A stretch of 64,000 nt of DNA from Candidatus Dojkabacteria bacterium HGW-Dojkabacteria-1 (lineage in GTDB: Bacteria > Patescibacteriota > Dojkabacteria > SC72). The notes under the pieces were generated by a model. It did not search any database. It was not told the DNA's origin and saw nothing but the letters and a program-made list of their open reading frames with translations. Shown here piece by piece: positions 7,573-17,713 of this stretch (positions within the stretch are counted from its first letter, which is position 1; each line of letters begins with the position of its first letter). A program made the position numbers and the translations under genes. Where the stretch lies: positions 524,360 through 588,359 of the forward strand of contig PHAO01000001.1 in the NCBI GenBank assembly GCA_002840365.1, given 5' to 3'.

Positions 7573-10032
7573 ATGAAATTACCAATTAAAGTAGCAGAAG
7601 ATTACACTGGGATAAAGATTGAAATAGAGGAGTTACTTCATATCCTAGCAAGTAAAATAGGGGAAGTAGAGGATGTAAACAATCTTTCAGAAATGTATAA
7701 AGGTATTTTCATTGCTCAGATAACAGGTAAGCAGGAACATCCTGATGCTGAAAAACTCGGTGTATACAAAATTACAATCGGGGAGGATGAAGATATTCAG
7801 GTTGTTGCAGGTGATAAGACCTTAGAAATAGGAGACAAAGTTGCGTATATTGTTCCAGGCAATATAGTTCCCTCTACATACAAAACTTCAGAAGAATTTG
7901 AAATAAAAGCAATAAAAATGAGAGGTATACTTTCCAATGGTATGCTCTGCTCAGAAAAAGAACTTAACATTGGACCTGACCATACAAAGGTATTAAAACT
8001 TGATACAAATGCTCCTGTTGGAGAAAGTTTTACTACATATTTTGGATTCGATGATACTGTTATTGATATAGAGAATAAAGCCTTAACAAATAGGGGAGAT
8101 CTTTTTGGAATATTAGGATTAGCAAGAGAAATAGCAGGAGCTAAGAATGTAAAATTTACAAGCCCAGATTGGTATAAAGGAGAAATATATACTGTAGAAG
8201 GAGAAAATATTAACCTTGAAATAGAGAATCAAGCTACAAATCTGTGCCCTCGATATGTAGGAGTAGTAATTGACAACATCACAGTACAAGAATCACCTGT
8301 TTGGCTTAAATCAATACTACTAAAATCCGGTATTAGGCCAATAAATAATATTGTAGACATTACTAATTACATCTCTATATTAGTAGGCCAACCATTACAT
8401 GCCTTTGACTATGACAAGGTTGTAGAAAAAGATTCTAAAAGTAATGGTAGTGCAAAGATTACAGTAAGGTTAGCAAAAGATGGAGAAACAATTCATACCC
8501 TAGATAACAATTTGGTTACACTAACTAGCAATACTCTAGTTATTGCAGATAGTACAAACCCAATAGCCATTGCAGGTGTAATAGGGGGATTAGATACAGA
8601 AATAGATAATAATACAAAAAGAATAATATTAGAGTCCGCAAATTTTGATAGATTCAATGTAAGAAAGACCTCTATGTCTCTGGGTATTTTTACTGATGCT
8701 GTAACTCGATTTACAAAAGCTCTAGATCCAAATCAATGTAAATATGCTCTTCAATATGCATGTTCTTTGATAAAAGAACTTTCAGGTGGAGATTTGGCAA
8801 GTAAAATTGTAGATATATACCCTGAAGTAATAGAACCAAAGGCTATAACCCTCTCAATTTCTAAGCTTAATGAGCATCTTGGAACAAGTTTAACAAAAGA
8901 AGAAATAACGAATATTTTAGAAAATATTGAATACAATATTTCTGAAAACAACGAAAGTGAGGATTTCCTTACTGTATTAGCTCCTACATTTAGAACAGAT
9001 ATTTCAATTCCAGAAGATATTCACGAGGATATTGGAAGAATATATGGATATGAAAATATATTACCTAAGCTTCCACTAAGAGATGTCTCTGCACCAAACA
9101 AGAACAGGATTGTAGGTATAAAATCAAAGATTAGAAGTATATTAAGTAATTCTGGAGCAAATGAAATAATTACATATAGTTTTGTAAGTAAAGATTTAAT
9201 CGAGAAAAGCAATCAGGATGTTAATATTGCTTTCCATTTAAAGAATGCTCTTTCTCCAGATTTAGCCTTTATGAGAACCTCCTTGCTTACCTCTATGCTT
9301 TCAAAGGCACAAGAAAATATTCAAAGAAATATTCCAACCTTTTGTATGTATGAATTCAATATCGCACATCAAAAGGGTAATATGGACAAATTTGAATTAC
9401 CACAAGAACAATGGAATATGTCATTACTTTTCTCAACTAGAGAAGATATTCTTGATGGAAACCCGTACTACCAAGTAAAAAGATATTTAGACAAGATCTT
9501 TAATACTCTTGGTATAGAGGGGGTGGAGTATAGCTTAGTCAGGAAGTCCTCAGAAAGAGACTTACCTGTATGGATTATGAATATAATTCCTACCTTCAGT
9601 GATAAGGGTAGTGCATTGATAATGTATAAGGGCAATGTGATTGGCATAATTGGTGACTTCAAAAATTCTGTTAAATCCAATTTCAAATTACCAACGTATA
9701 CAGCTGGACTAGAAATAAATATTGAGAAATTGGCAAAATTGAAAACTAATAAAAAAATTAAAAGGGATTCTTCTAAATACCCCTCTATTACACAAGATCT
9801 AACATTTGTTGTTGAGAAAGACATGGAATACAAAGATTTAGAGAAGATCCTCTATAAAGAGATAGATAGTAAAAATAGGAAAGCAAACATAGAGTGTATT
9901 GATATATATTCTAAGGATGGTATCCAAAAAAGTATAACTATAAGAATAACAATAGAACATATGGAAAAGACACTTAGTGATAAGGACTTTGAAAAGATAG
10001 TGGAAAAAATTACCAAAACTCTTAATAAGTAA
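7573..10032 (+). CDS. pheT: phenylalanine--tRNA ligase beta subunit
   Basis: HPDAEKL, SNGMLCSEKEL, NRGDL, INNIVDITNY, PLHAFD, RTDISIPEDIHEDIGRIYGY. Confidence 0.96.
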   Translation: MKLPIKVAEDYTGIKIEIEELLHILASKIGEVEDVNNLSEMYKGIFIAQITGKQEHPDAEKLGVYKITIGEDEDIQVVAGDKTLEIGDKVAYIVPGNIVPSTYKTSEEFEIKAIKMRGILSNGMLCSEKELNIGPDHTKVLKLDTNAPVGESFTTYFGFDDTVIDIENKALTNRGDLFGILGLAREIAGAKNVKFTSPDWYKGEIYTVEGENINLEIENQATNLCPRYVGVVIDNITVQESPVWLKSILLKSGIRPINNIVDITNYISILVGQPLHAFDYDKVVEKDSKSNGSAKITVRLAKDGETIHTLDNNLVTLTSNTLVIADSTNPIAIAGVIGGLDTEIDNNTKRIILESANFDRFNVRKTSMSLGIFTDAVTRFTKALDPNQCKYALQYACSLIKELSGGDLASKIVDIYPEVIEPKAITLSISKLNEHLGTSLTKEEITNILENIEYNISENNESEDFLTVLAPTFRTDISIPEDIHEDIGRIYGYENILPKLPLRDVSAPNKNRIVGIKSKIRSILSNSGANEIITYSFVSKDLIEKSNQDVNIAFHLKNALSPDLAFMRTSLLTSMLSKAQENIQRNIPTFCMYEFNIAHQKGNMDKFELPQEQWNMSLLFSTREDILDGNPYYQVKRYLDKIFNTLGIEGVEYSLVRKSSERDLPVWIMNIIPTFSDKGSALIMYKGNVIGIIGDFKNSVKSNFKLPTYTAGLEINIEKLAKLKTNKKIKRDSSKYPSITQDLTFVVEKDMEYKDLEKILYKEIDSKNRKANIECIDIYSKDGIQKSITIRITIEHMEKTLSDKDFEKIVEKITKTLNK

Positions 10033-12979
10033 CCGTTATTGGAGCACTCTGATATGTTTGACCTCCAGAAGCAGCAGAGGCAAGAATAGAGTAATTACCC
10101 CTTGATACTGTTTGTTCAAGTTGCCACATGACACTCCATCCATTGTTACCATTGTTGTCAGTTAATGTTTTACTGTATCCACCTCCAATTTTAGAGATTA
10201 AAAAATTTACCTGAGAAGGATTAATCCCCGTTATAGAGGCCTCAATTAACAGTGGAAAGGAAGGAATTGTTGTTCCATTTGAAGGTCTTGTAATATTTAT
10301 TGTTACAGCAGGGGGAGTAATTGTAAACACAACACTTTTAGTTGTTGTTTTATCATAGTTATCTTTTGTGAATACAGTCAATGTATGATTCCCAAAACTT
10401 AGCCCAGAGGTATTGTAATTTACAGTAAATTGACCACTACTTAATGAAGCTGGAACACTTGTACCATCAATACTAATTGTGAATTCCTTAACTGATTCCA
10501 AAACTCTTACACTTCCTTTTATCTCCATATTATCACCTTGTTTAAACTGTTGATTAACCGTTGGTTTTTCCACCTCAATTACTGGAGAATTACCTGGACC
10601 AAGTGGAAGGGTACACACACCTGAGCCCGGTTTTTCAAATATATACGAGCTACCCTCAGCACCAGCGAGATTTGCTTGATATGTTTCCCTTTGAAGAGCA
10701 TTCTCAAGCTTAAAGGTCATATATACTTTATCTACTACCAAGCCATATTGCCTTGCAGCCTCTAAGTTTGTAGGTATAAGGCCATTTAGAGTACAAATTG
10801 GAACAACCTCTCTTACATCTGCCTGAGGAGGCCTACCAGCAATATATACAGTAGCTTCCTTCTCACAATTTACTCCATCAGCAGGAACACCACCTGTATC
10901 TCTACATACAACCGCAGAAAGAATACCTGCAGGTCTAGTGAATGTTTCCACTTTATACCTATCTGCCAACCTATTTACAATGCTATGAGCGATAGGAAGG
11001 GGAACAGATACACCCCAAGCACCTGGTGTTACTGTATTGTCATTATTACCAGCCCATACACCTACAACTAAGTTCTTGTGATACATCATTGCAGTTAAGT
11101 CCTTAGGACCATCGGTAGTACCTGTTTTCATACAAATATTTACTCCCTTTACTCTTGTATATGCACCACCAATCCTATCTCCATGACCACCTAAATCACA
11201 AAGGATATAGTTGAGAAGATATATTTCTTTCTCATCTACAACTTGCTTACCAGTAAAATCTACTACCTCTTTAATTACATTACCCTTTGTATCCTCTACC
11301 TTAAGTACAGCCACTGTATCATGCCTTACACCTTCATTCGCAAACACTCCAAAGGCTGCAGTATGTTCAAGCAATTTCATTTCACCTGCACCTAGAGCTA
11401 GAGCCAATCCATAGTCAGCTTTGTTTTTAAGAGTTGTAATACCCAACTTGTCTGTTGTCTGTAAGAATGTATCTATACCTGCTAACTGAAGAGTATATAC
11501 TGAAGGCAAGTTTCTTGATCTACCAAGACCCTTTCTTGCAGTACCAATACCTTCAAATCCTTTATCCCAGTTAAGTGGTTTGTAATTACCAAAAGACATT
11601 GCTATGTCAGGTGCTAAAGTCCATGGTCCATATCCTTTTGAAAATGCAGCAAGATATACATATGGCTTTGCAGAAGAACCAACCTGCCTATTACTTGTTG
11701 TAATATTAACGTTTCCATCAACCTTAGGATTCTCAACATTCCAATAGTCGACAGATCCAACCATTGCAAGAATTTCACCAGTCTTTGGTTCCATCACTAC
11801 TGCAGCACCATTGTTCACTTTAAAAGGTAACCCATTTTTACCAATTCCATTCCTTACTTCCTCTTCTGCTATTTCTTGTATAGAGTAATCTAGTGTAGTA
11901 GTAACTTTAAGTCCACCTCTTTCTACACGATCAACACCAAACTCAGCTTCTAATTGCTGTTTGACAAAGAATACAAAATGAGGAGCCTTAATATCTATTC
12001 TCCTTGTTCTATATGCTATCTCCTCTGCCTTTGCTGCTTCTATTTCTTCTGAAGTTACACCTGTCAATTCCTTGTGCCTTAACATTTGATTAAGGACATA
12101 TTCTTGCCTTACCTTTGCCATTTCAGGCTGTGTACCAAAAAGAGGTGAGTATCTACCAGGACTTTGAATTAATCCTGCAAGTAGTGCACTCTCTGCAAGT
12201 GTTAAATCACTTACATTCTTACCAAAATATGCATTTGCTGCAGCTTGGAAACCATAATTAACACCACCAAGAGGTATTTCATTCATGTACATCTGTAAAA
12301 TTTCATCCTTCGTAAAAGTTTGCTCAACCTGCATTGTAATCAATACTTCCTTAATCTTTCTAGAATATGTTTGTTCGTATGCTTGTTCACCCAAAACATC
12401 AAAAAGTATTGTATTCTTGACCAATTGCTGAGTAATAGTACTTGCTCCTCTTACAATATTTCCTTTTCTGAGATTCTGAAATGCAGAACTTGCAATACTT
12501 AGGTAATCAATACCCTTATGCTGGTAAAATTCAATGTCTTCAGCTGCAAGTAAAGCCCATTTTGTATGCTCTGGAATCTTATCTATTGTAACAAACTCTC
12601 TGTTTTGATCACCATATACCGTATAGAGAAGCTGTCCATTTCTATCAAATATCTGAGTACTTTGATCTGAAGATCTCTCAACAAGCTTGTCTGGAGATGG
12701 TAGAGAGTTCTGTAAACCTTTAAGGTATACACCAACAGCGATTAGAACTGCACAGGCAAGAAAAAATCCTACTCCAACAACAATATACAATACCTTTCTA
12801 ATTTTTGACTTATCAAATCTACCACTTAAAAAACTTCCACCAATACCCTTTGGAGTTTTTCTTCTTACATTTGCACTATTATATTTCCTTACTCTATTAA
12901 ATCGATTTAAGGAAGTTGGTGTGTTCCTATTTACTCTTCTTTTTTTACTAGCTTTTGACATAGACATAGTATATTTCAT
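10022..12979 (-). CDS. class A penicillin-binding protein (PBP1A family) with C-terminal Ig-like domains
   Basis: TM anchor; transglycosylase motifs AEDIEFYQHKG, GASTITQQLVKN, RKIKE; transpeptidase motifs SSAK, SRN, KTG. Confidence 0.93.
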   Translation of the reverse strand: MKYTMSMSKASKKRRVNRNTPTSLNRFNRVRKYNSANVRRKTPKGIGGSFLSGRFDKSKIRKVLYIVVGVGFFLACAVLIAVGVYLKGLQNSLPSPDKLVERSSDQSTQIFDRNGQLLYTVYGDQNREFVTIDKIPEHTKWALLAAEDIEFYQHKGIDYLSIASSAFQNLRKGNIVRGASTITQQLVKNTILFDVLGEQAYEQTYSRKIKEVLITMQVEQTFTKDEILQMYMNEIPLGGVNYGFQAAANAYFGKNVSDLTLAESALLAGLIQSPGRYSPLFGTQPEMAKVRQEYVLNQMLRHKELTGVTSEEIEAAKAEEIAYRTRRIDIKAPHFVFFVKQQLEAEFGVDRVERGGLKVTTTLDYSIQEIAEEEVRNGIGKNGLPFKVNNGAAVVMEPKTGEILAMVGSVDYWNVENPKVDGNVNITTSNRQVGSSAKPYVYLAAFSKGYGPWTLAPDIAMSFGNYKPLNWDKGFEGIGTARKGLGRSRNLPSVYTLQLAGIDTFLQTTDKLGITTLKNKADYGLALALGAGEMKLLEHTAAFGVFANEGVRHDTVAVLKVEDTKGNVIKEVVDFTGKQVVDEKEIYLLNYILCDLGGHGDRIGGAYTRVKGVNICMKTGTTDGPKDLTAMMYHKNLVVGVWAGNNDNTVTPGAWGVSVPLPIAHSIVNRLADRYKVETFTRPAGILSAVVCRDTGGVPADGVNCEKEATVYIAGRPPQADVREVVPICTLNGLIPTNLEAARQYGLVVDKVYMTFKLENALQRETYQANLAGAEGSSYIFEKPGSGVCTLPLGPGNSPVIEVEKPTVNQQFKQGDNMEIKGSVRVLESVKEFTISIDGTSVPASLSSGQFTVNYNTSGLSFGNHTLTVFTKDNYDKTTTKSVVFTITPPAVTINITRPSNGTTIPSFPLLIEASITGINPSQVNFLISKIGGGYSKTLTDNNGNNGWSVMWQLEQTVSRGNYSILASAASGGQTYQSAPITVTY

Positions 12980-13089
12980 AAGGGGATATTCATTGTATCT
13001 TATTACTCTCTAAATATATATTATATAAAAACAATATTCAACCTCTAGGGCTTTCGAGAGAAATAGCTTAATGATATAATTTTCGTATT

Positions 13090-14382
13090 ATGATAAAAAC
13101 CAAATTATCAACACAACCATACAAAGGAACCATAGATATGTATCCTGAAGATGTACTTCAAAAAAACTATCTTTTTGATGTATGGAAAAGAGTAGCAAAA
13201 AGTTTTGGATATGAGGAGTATGATACTCCAATACTTGAAGAAGCTGATCTTTACAGAGTTAAGTCTGGAGACGAGCTTGCAAACAACCAGTTATTTAACT
13301 TCGTAGATAAAGGAGGTAGAGAGGTCTCATTACGACCTGAAATGACTCCTTCTTTAGCAAGGATCATTGCTGCAAAAAAATACTCCCTTATTCTACCCAT
13401 AAGGTGGTTTAATATTGGTCGCTTTTATAGATATGAGAAACCTCAAAAGGGAAGAACTAGAGAATTTGTACAATTAAATATTGATATTTTAGGAGTATCT
13501 TCAATAGAAGCAGAAGTAGAAATTATTCAGTTTGTAATGAAGGTTATGCAAGAACTTAAGGCAAAAGAAGGTACATATGAGCTCAAGATAAATAATAGAT
13601 ATCTCTTTGACTATTTAGTAAAGGATCTTCTTAAAATAGAGGGTGAGTTGAAAGATAAACTAGCAAAAGCAATTGACAACTATCTAAAGATGGAAAAATC
13701 GACCTTTAATGAATATCTCAAAGAGATAGGTCTAAGTGATTCTCAAAGAGACACTGTATTAGAATATCTTAATTGGGAAATAAAGGATTTAGTAAACATT
13801 AAAGATACCTCTAGAGGTGCACAAGAATTACTTGCTTTATTTGATAGATTAGAAGAATTAGGAGTAAAGAATGTAAGGTTTTGTCCCTATATAATGAGAG
13901 GATTAGCATATTACACGGGAACAGTAGTAGAAATGTATGATATTGGTAGTAAAGAAAATCCTAGAGCTCTCTTTGGAGGCGGAAGATATGATGATCTTTT
14001 AGAAATATTTGGACAAGAAAAATTACCTGCATTTGGTTTAGGATGGGGCGATGTTACAACATTGGACTATCTCAGAACATACAATTTGTTACCCGAATTA
14101 ACAACAGATGTAGATGTATTTGTTACCCTTATGGACGAATCTTTCTCATCAGATATTTCTGATATTGCAAATTACTTAAGAGAGAATGGTCTAAATGTTC
14201 AGGTTCAATTAACATCAACAAAGCTTGGTAAGCAGCTACAATATGCAGACAAAAAGGGTATAAAATGGGTAGTGATAGTAGGGGAAGAGGAAATAAAAGA
14301 AGGAATTGTTCAGCTAAAAGATATGAATACCAAGCAATCATACAAGCTTAAAAAAGAAGAACTTATTGACAGAATTGGGTAA
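13090..14382 (+). CDS. hisS: histidine--tRNA ligase
   Basis: LRPEMTPSLAR, RYEKPQKGRTREF, RGLAYYTG, GGGRYD. Confidence 0.96.
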   Translation: MIKTKLSTQPYKGTIDMYPEDVLQKNYLFDVWKRVAKSFGYEEYDTPILEEADLYRVKSGDELANNQLFNFVDKGGREVSLRPEMTPSLARIIAAKKYSLILPIRWFNIGRFYRYEKPQKGRTREFVQLNIDILGVSSIEAEVEIIQFVMKVMQELKAKEGTYELKINNRYLFDYLVKDLLKIEGELKDKLAKAIDNYLKMEKSTFNEYLKEIGLSDSQRDTVLEYLNWEIKDLVNIKDTSRGAQELLALFDRLEELGVKNVRFCPYIMRGLAYYTGTVVEMYDIGSKENPRALFGGGRYDDLLEIFGQEKLPAFGLGWGDVTTLDYLRTYNLLPELTTDVDVFVTLMDESFSSDISDIANYLRENGLNVQVQLTSTKLGKQLQYADKKGIKWVVIVGEEEIKEGIVQLKDMNTKQSYKLKKEELIDRIG

Positions 14383-14408
14383 CTTCTTTATACTCTTTTT
14401 GTTTATTT

Positions 14409-15053
14409 TTGATATCACTTAGCTCTATCAATACTACCCTTGTTATTGAAAGCTATCCAGAAATTCAAAAACTAACCAGTAAGTTACCTGAGAACACTAG
14501 ATACATATTTAAAAAGAATCTCTCTAATCTTGAGGATGTATTTAGTAACCACAATATCAAATTATTAATAATTAATAGTAAACAAATTCCCCTTAGCATC
14601 TCTGATATAAAAGCTTTTTATCCGAGCTTGAAAATCCTTGTAATAACTACAAAAGATATCTCTCATTTGAATTTTGTTGATGAACATATTGATAAATCAA
14701 AATTTAGGTCAAAATGTTTGAATTGTAAAATAAGGAAACTTCTTTCAATAAACAATGAAAATTTCTTGGAAATATATTCTAAAGGGAATATATATCTAAA
14801 CCCAGAGACAAAAATATTGTATATCTCAGAGAAATACATACACCTAACAACAAATGAAACGAATATAATAAAATACATACTAGAGAAAGATACTATTTGT
14901 TCTATAAATGAATTGAAAATGATTTTTGGTAACAGAATTAAAGAAAAATGTATTACAGTATTAATATCTAGATTAAGAAAGAAGCTAAGATATACGTTTG
15001 GATATACGATTATAAAGAATAGCTATGGTAAGGGTTACTATATTGAAATCTAA
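14409..15053 (+). CDS. OmpR/PhoB-type winged-helix regulator with degenerate receiver domain
   Basis: C-terminal LTTNE..I..Y, VLISRLRKKL, IKNSYGKGY. The N-terminus lacks the acidic pocket. TTG start is uncertain. Confidence 0.65.
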   Translation: MISLSSINTTLVIESYPEIQKLTSKLPENTRYIFKKNLSNLEDVFSNHNIKLLIINSKQIPLSISDIKAFYPSLKILVITTKDISHLNFVDEHIDKSKFRSKCLNCKIRKLLSINNENFLEIYSKGNIYLNPETKILYISEKYIHLTTNETNIIKYILEKDTICSINELKMIFGNRIKEKCITVLISRLRKKLRYTFGYTIIKNSYGKGYYIEI

Positions 15054-17671
15054 ACTTTTTTCTTCCACTCAGAGATCTTGTTCAAAGCTTCAAGAGGAGT
15101 AAGGTTATCTAAATCTATCTTTTGAATATCTCTTTCTATCTCAGAATCTTTTGAATAGAAGAGGGGGAATTGATATGTTCCATTTGTTTCTTCTTTTTTA
15201 CTTTTTTTACTATCTAATATGTTACTTTCTCTAATATCAGTTTCATTATTAAACATCTGTTCCTGTTCAAAACTTTCTAATATCTCATTAGCTCTCTTAA
15301 TTACTTTTTCTGGTAATCCTGCCATTTTAGCTACATAAATTCCATAACTTCTATCAGTTCCACCTTCAACTATCTTTCTTAGAAAGATTACACTTCCTTC
15401 TTCAATATCCTCTTCAACAAGTACGTTATAGTTTTTAACTCTACTGGAGATCTTTTCGGATAGCTTGAGTAACTCGTGATAGTGAGTTGCAAATAGGGTC
15501 CTAGCTTTTACATCATTAACTAAATACTCAGCTAGTGCCCATGCAATACTAACACCATCGTAGGTACTTGTACCTCTTCCAACTTCATCAAGTACAATGA
15601 GGCTGTATTTTGTTGCATTATTTACAATATTCGCGGCCTCATCCATTTCTACCATAAAGGTACTACGACCCCTAGAAAGATCATCTGATGCTCCAACTCT
15701 AGTAAATATTCTATCTACAATTGATAGCTTCATACTCTTTGCTGGAACAAAGCATCCAATTTGTGCCAAAAGCACTATGGTTGCAACCTGCCTAATATAT
15801 GTCGATTTACCCGACATATTTGGTCCCGTAAGTATTGCCATTGAGGAATTCGTAAAGTCTAAAGTCGTATCATTAGATATGAATTCTTCTTCAGAGATAT
15901 TCTCTATAATTGGATGTCTACCCCCCTTTATTTCTATAATTCCACTCTCTTCACCAATTTCATATAGAGTAGGTTTACAATATTTCTTCGTATATGCAAG
16001 ATATGAAAATCCTACTAAGATATCAAATCTTGCAATCGCCCTAGAGAGTTTTTGTAAAATTTCAATATACTCAAAAAGAGAATCTCTTAAATCAGTGAAT
16101 ATTTCGTATTCAAGTTGAGAGAGTTTGTCCTGAGCGGTAAGAATAATGCTTTCTTTGTTTTTTAATTCTTCCGTTATATATCTTTCACAATTAACCAATG
16201 TTTGTTTTCGAATATATCTATCTGGTACTTTATCTTGATGTGTTTTAGTTACTTCTATGTAATAGCCAAATACTTTGTTAAACCCTATCTTAAGACTAGT
16301 AATTCCTGTTTCTTTTTTCTCACTCTCTTCAAATTCTTTTATCCACCCCTTACTGTCACCTGAAAGAGATCGAAGCTCTCTTACTTCATCATTAAAAGAA
16401 CTTTTAATGATACCTCCTTCTGTAATTGATGTCGGAGGGGAATCAACTATACACTCCTCTATCTTTTCTGATATCTCTAAAATACTCGTTGCATATTCAT
16501 CAAAGGTTTTAGATACATTTTCAACATCCTCCATCTCTTTACTCAATCTAGAGATACTTTCAAGAGATATCTGTAATGCTTTCAAATCTCTAGCATTTGC
16601 CCTTGAAAGCCCTATCTTACCAACAATTCTTTCAATATCATTTACCTCAGAAAGTATTTCTCTCAAGCTTTCTACTTTCTCAAAATTGTTAAAAAGAATA
16701 TCAACAACCTTTAATCGTTCCTCAATATCTTTTTTTTGAATTAGGGGATTTAATATCCAAGAGTAAAGCATCCTTTTACCCATTAATGTAGAGGTGTAAT
16801 CTATTACACCAAAGAGGGAATCCTTTATATCACCATGATATGCATTGTTTACAAGCTCTAAATTTCTAATCGTTGACCTATCTAAAATCATTGTACCAGA
16901 AAGATTTATCTTTTTGGGTTTTTGAATATGCTTAGGATCCATTAATTGAGTTTCTTCAATATATTCCAATACCATTGCTAACGATGTATTTACGATATTC
17001 TCATTTGTTAATCCTAGTGATTCAAGATTCTTTACCTCAAAGAAATCCTTTATCTTTGAATTAGCATATTCCCTATTATTTAATGCTTTACTCAAAAATT
17101 GAACAGGAATATTTGAGAAAGAGAGTTCCTTTTCATTCTCGAGAATTAGTACTTCTACTGGTTCATATGATGTAAAAACAGATTCAATATTCTTTTTAGT
17201 ATTCTCAATTAATACATACAAAAGTTCTCCCGTAGATACATCACAAAGTGTTACTCCAAGATTTTTCTTCTCTATTGCAAATGCTACAAGGTAATTGTTC
17301 TTTATCTCACTTGCATTATCACCATCAAGAGTACCAGGGGTTACTATTCTTGTAACACCTCTTTTTACAATACCTTTTGCTAATTTAGGATCTTCAAGTT
17401 GATCAACAATGACAACACAGTAACCTGCACTGATTAGCTTGGCAAGATATTGATCAAGAGCCTTATGAGGAAATCCTGCCAAAGGAGTAGGGTTCGTATT
17501 TTTGTCTCTCGAAGTAAGGGTAATATTTAACACCTTAGATGTTATCTTTGCATCATCTCCAAAGGTTTCAAAAAAGTCACCCATTCTAAAAAGTACAACC
17601 TTATCTGGATACTGTCTCTTGAACTTCATATATTGACTCATCATTGGAGTCTCTTTAATTCCGTTTACCAT
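15050..17671 (-). CDS. mutS: DNA mismatch repair protein MutS
   Basis: TPMMSQY, FRMGDFFE, TGPNMSGKSTYIRQ, STFMVEM, DEVGRGTST, FATHYHEL. Confidence 0.97.
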   Translation of the reverse strand: MVNGIKETPMMSQYMKFKRQYPDKVVLFRMGDFFETFGDDAKITSKVLNITLTSRDKNTNPTPLAGFPHKALDQYLAKLISAGYCVVIVDQLEDPKLAKGIVKRGVTRIVTPGTLDGDNASEIKNNYLVAFAIEKKNLGVTLCDVSTGELLYVLIENTKKNIESVFTSYEPVEVLILENEKELSFSNIPVQFLSKALNNREYANSKIKDFFEVKNLESLGLTNENIVNTSLAMVLEYIEETQLMDPKHIQKPKKINLSGTMILDRSTIRNLELVNNAYHGDIKDSLFGVIDYTSTLMGKRMLYSWILNPLIQKKDIEERLKVVDILFNNFEKVESLREILSEVNDIERIVGKIGLSRANARDLKALQISLESISRLSKEMEDVENVSKTFDEYATSILEISEKIEECIVDSPPTSITEGGIIKSSFNDEVRELRSLSGDSKGWIKEFEESEKKETGITSLKIGFNKVFGYYIEVTKTHQDKVPDRYIRKQTLVNCERYITEELKNKESIILTAQDKLSQLEYEIFTDLRDSLFEYIEILQKLSRAIARFDILVGFSYLAYTKKYCKPTLYEIGEESGIIEIKGGRHPIIENISEEEFISNDTTLDFTNSSMAILTGPNMSGKSTYIRQVATIVLLAQIGCFVPAKSMKLSIVDRIFTRVGASDDLSRGRSTFMVEMDEAANIVNNATKYSLIVLDEVGRGTSTYDGVSIAWALAEYLVNDVKARTLFATHYHELLKLSEKISSRVKNYNVLVEEDIEEGSVIFLRKIVEGGTDRSYGIYVAKMAGLPEKVIKRANEILESFEQEQMFNNETDIRESNILDSKKSKKEETNGTYQFPLFYSKDSEIERDIQKIDLDNLTPLEALNKISEWKKKV

Positions 17672-17713
17672 TGCATATTATACAAGAGAATATATAGTGA
17701 AAACTATATACTA

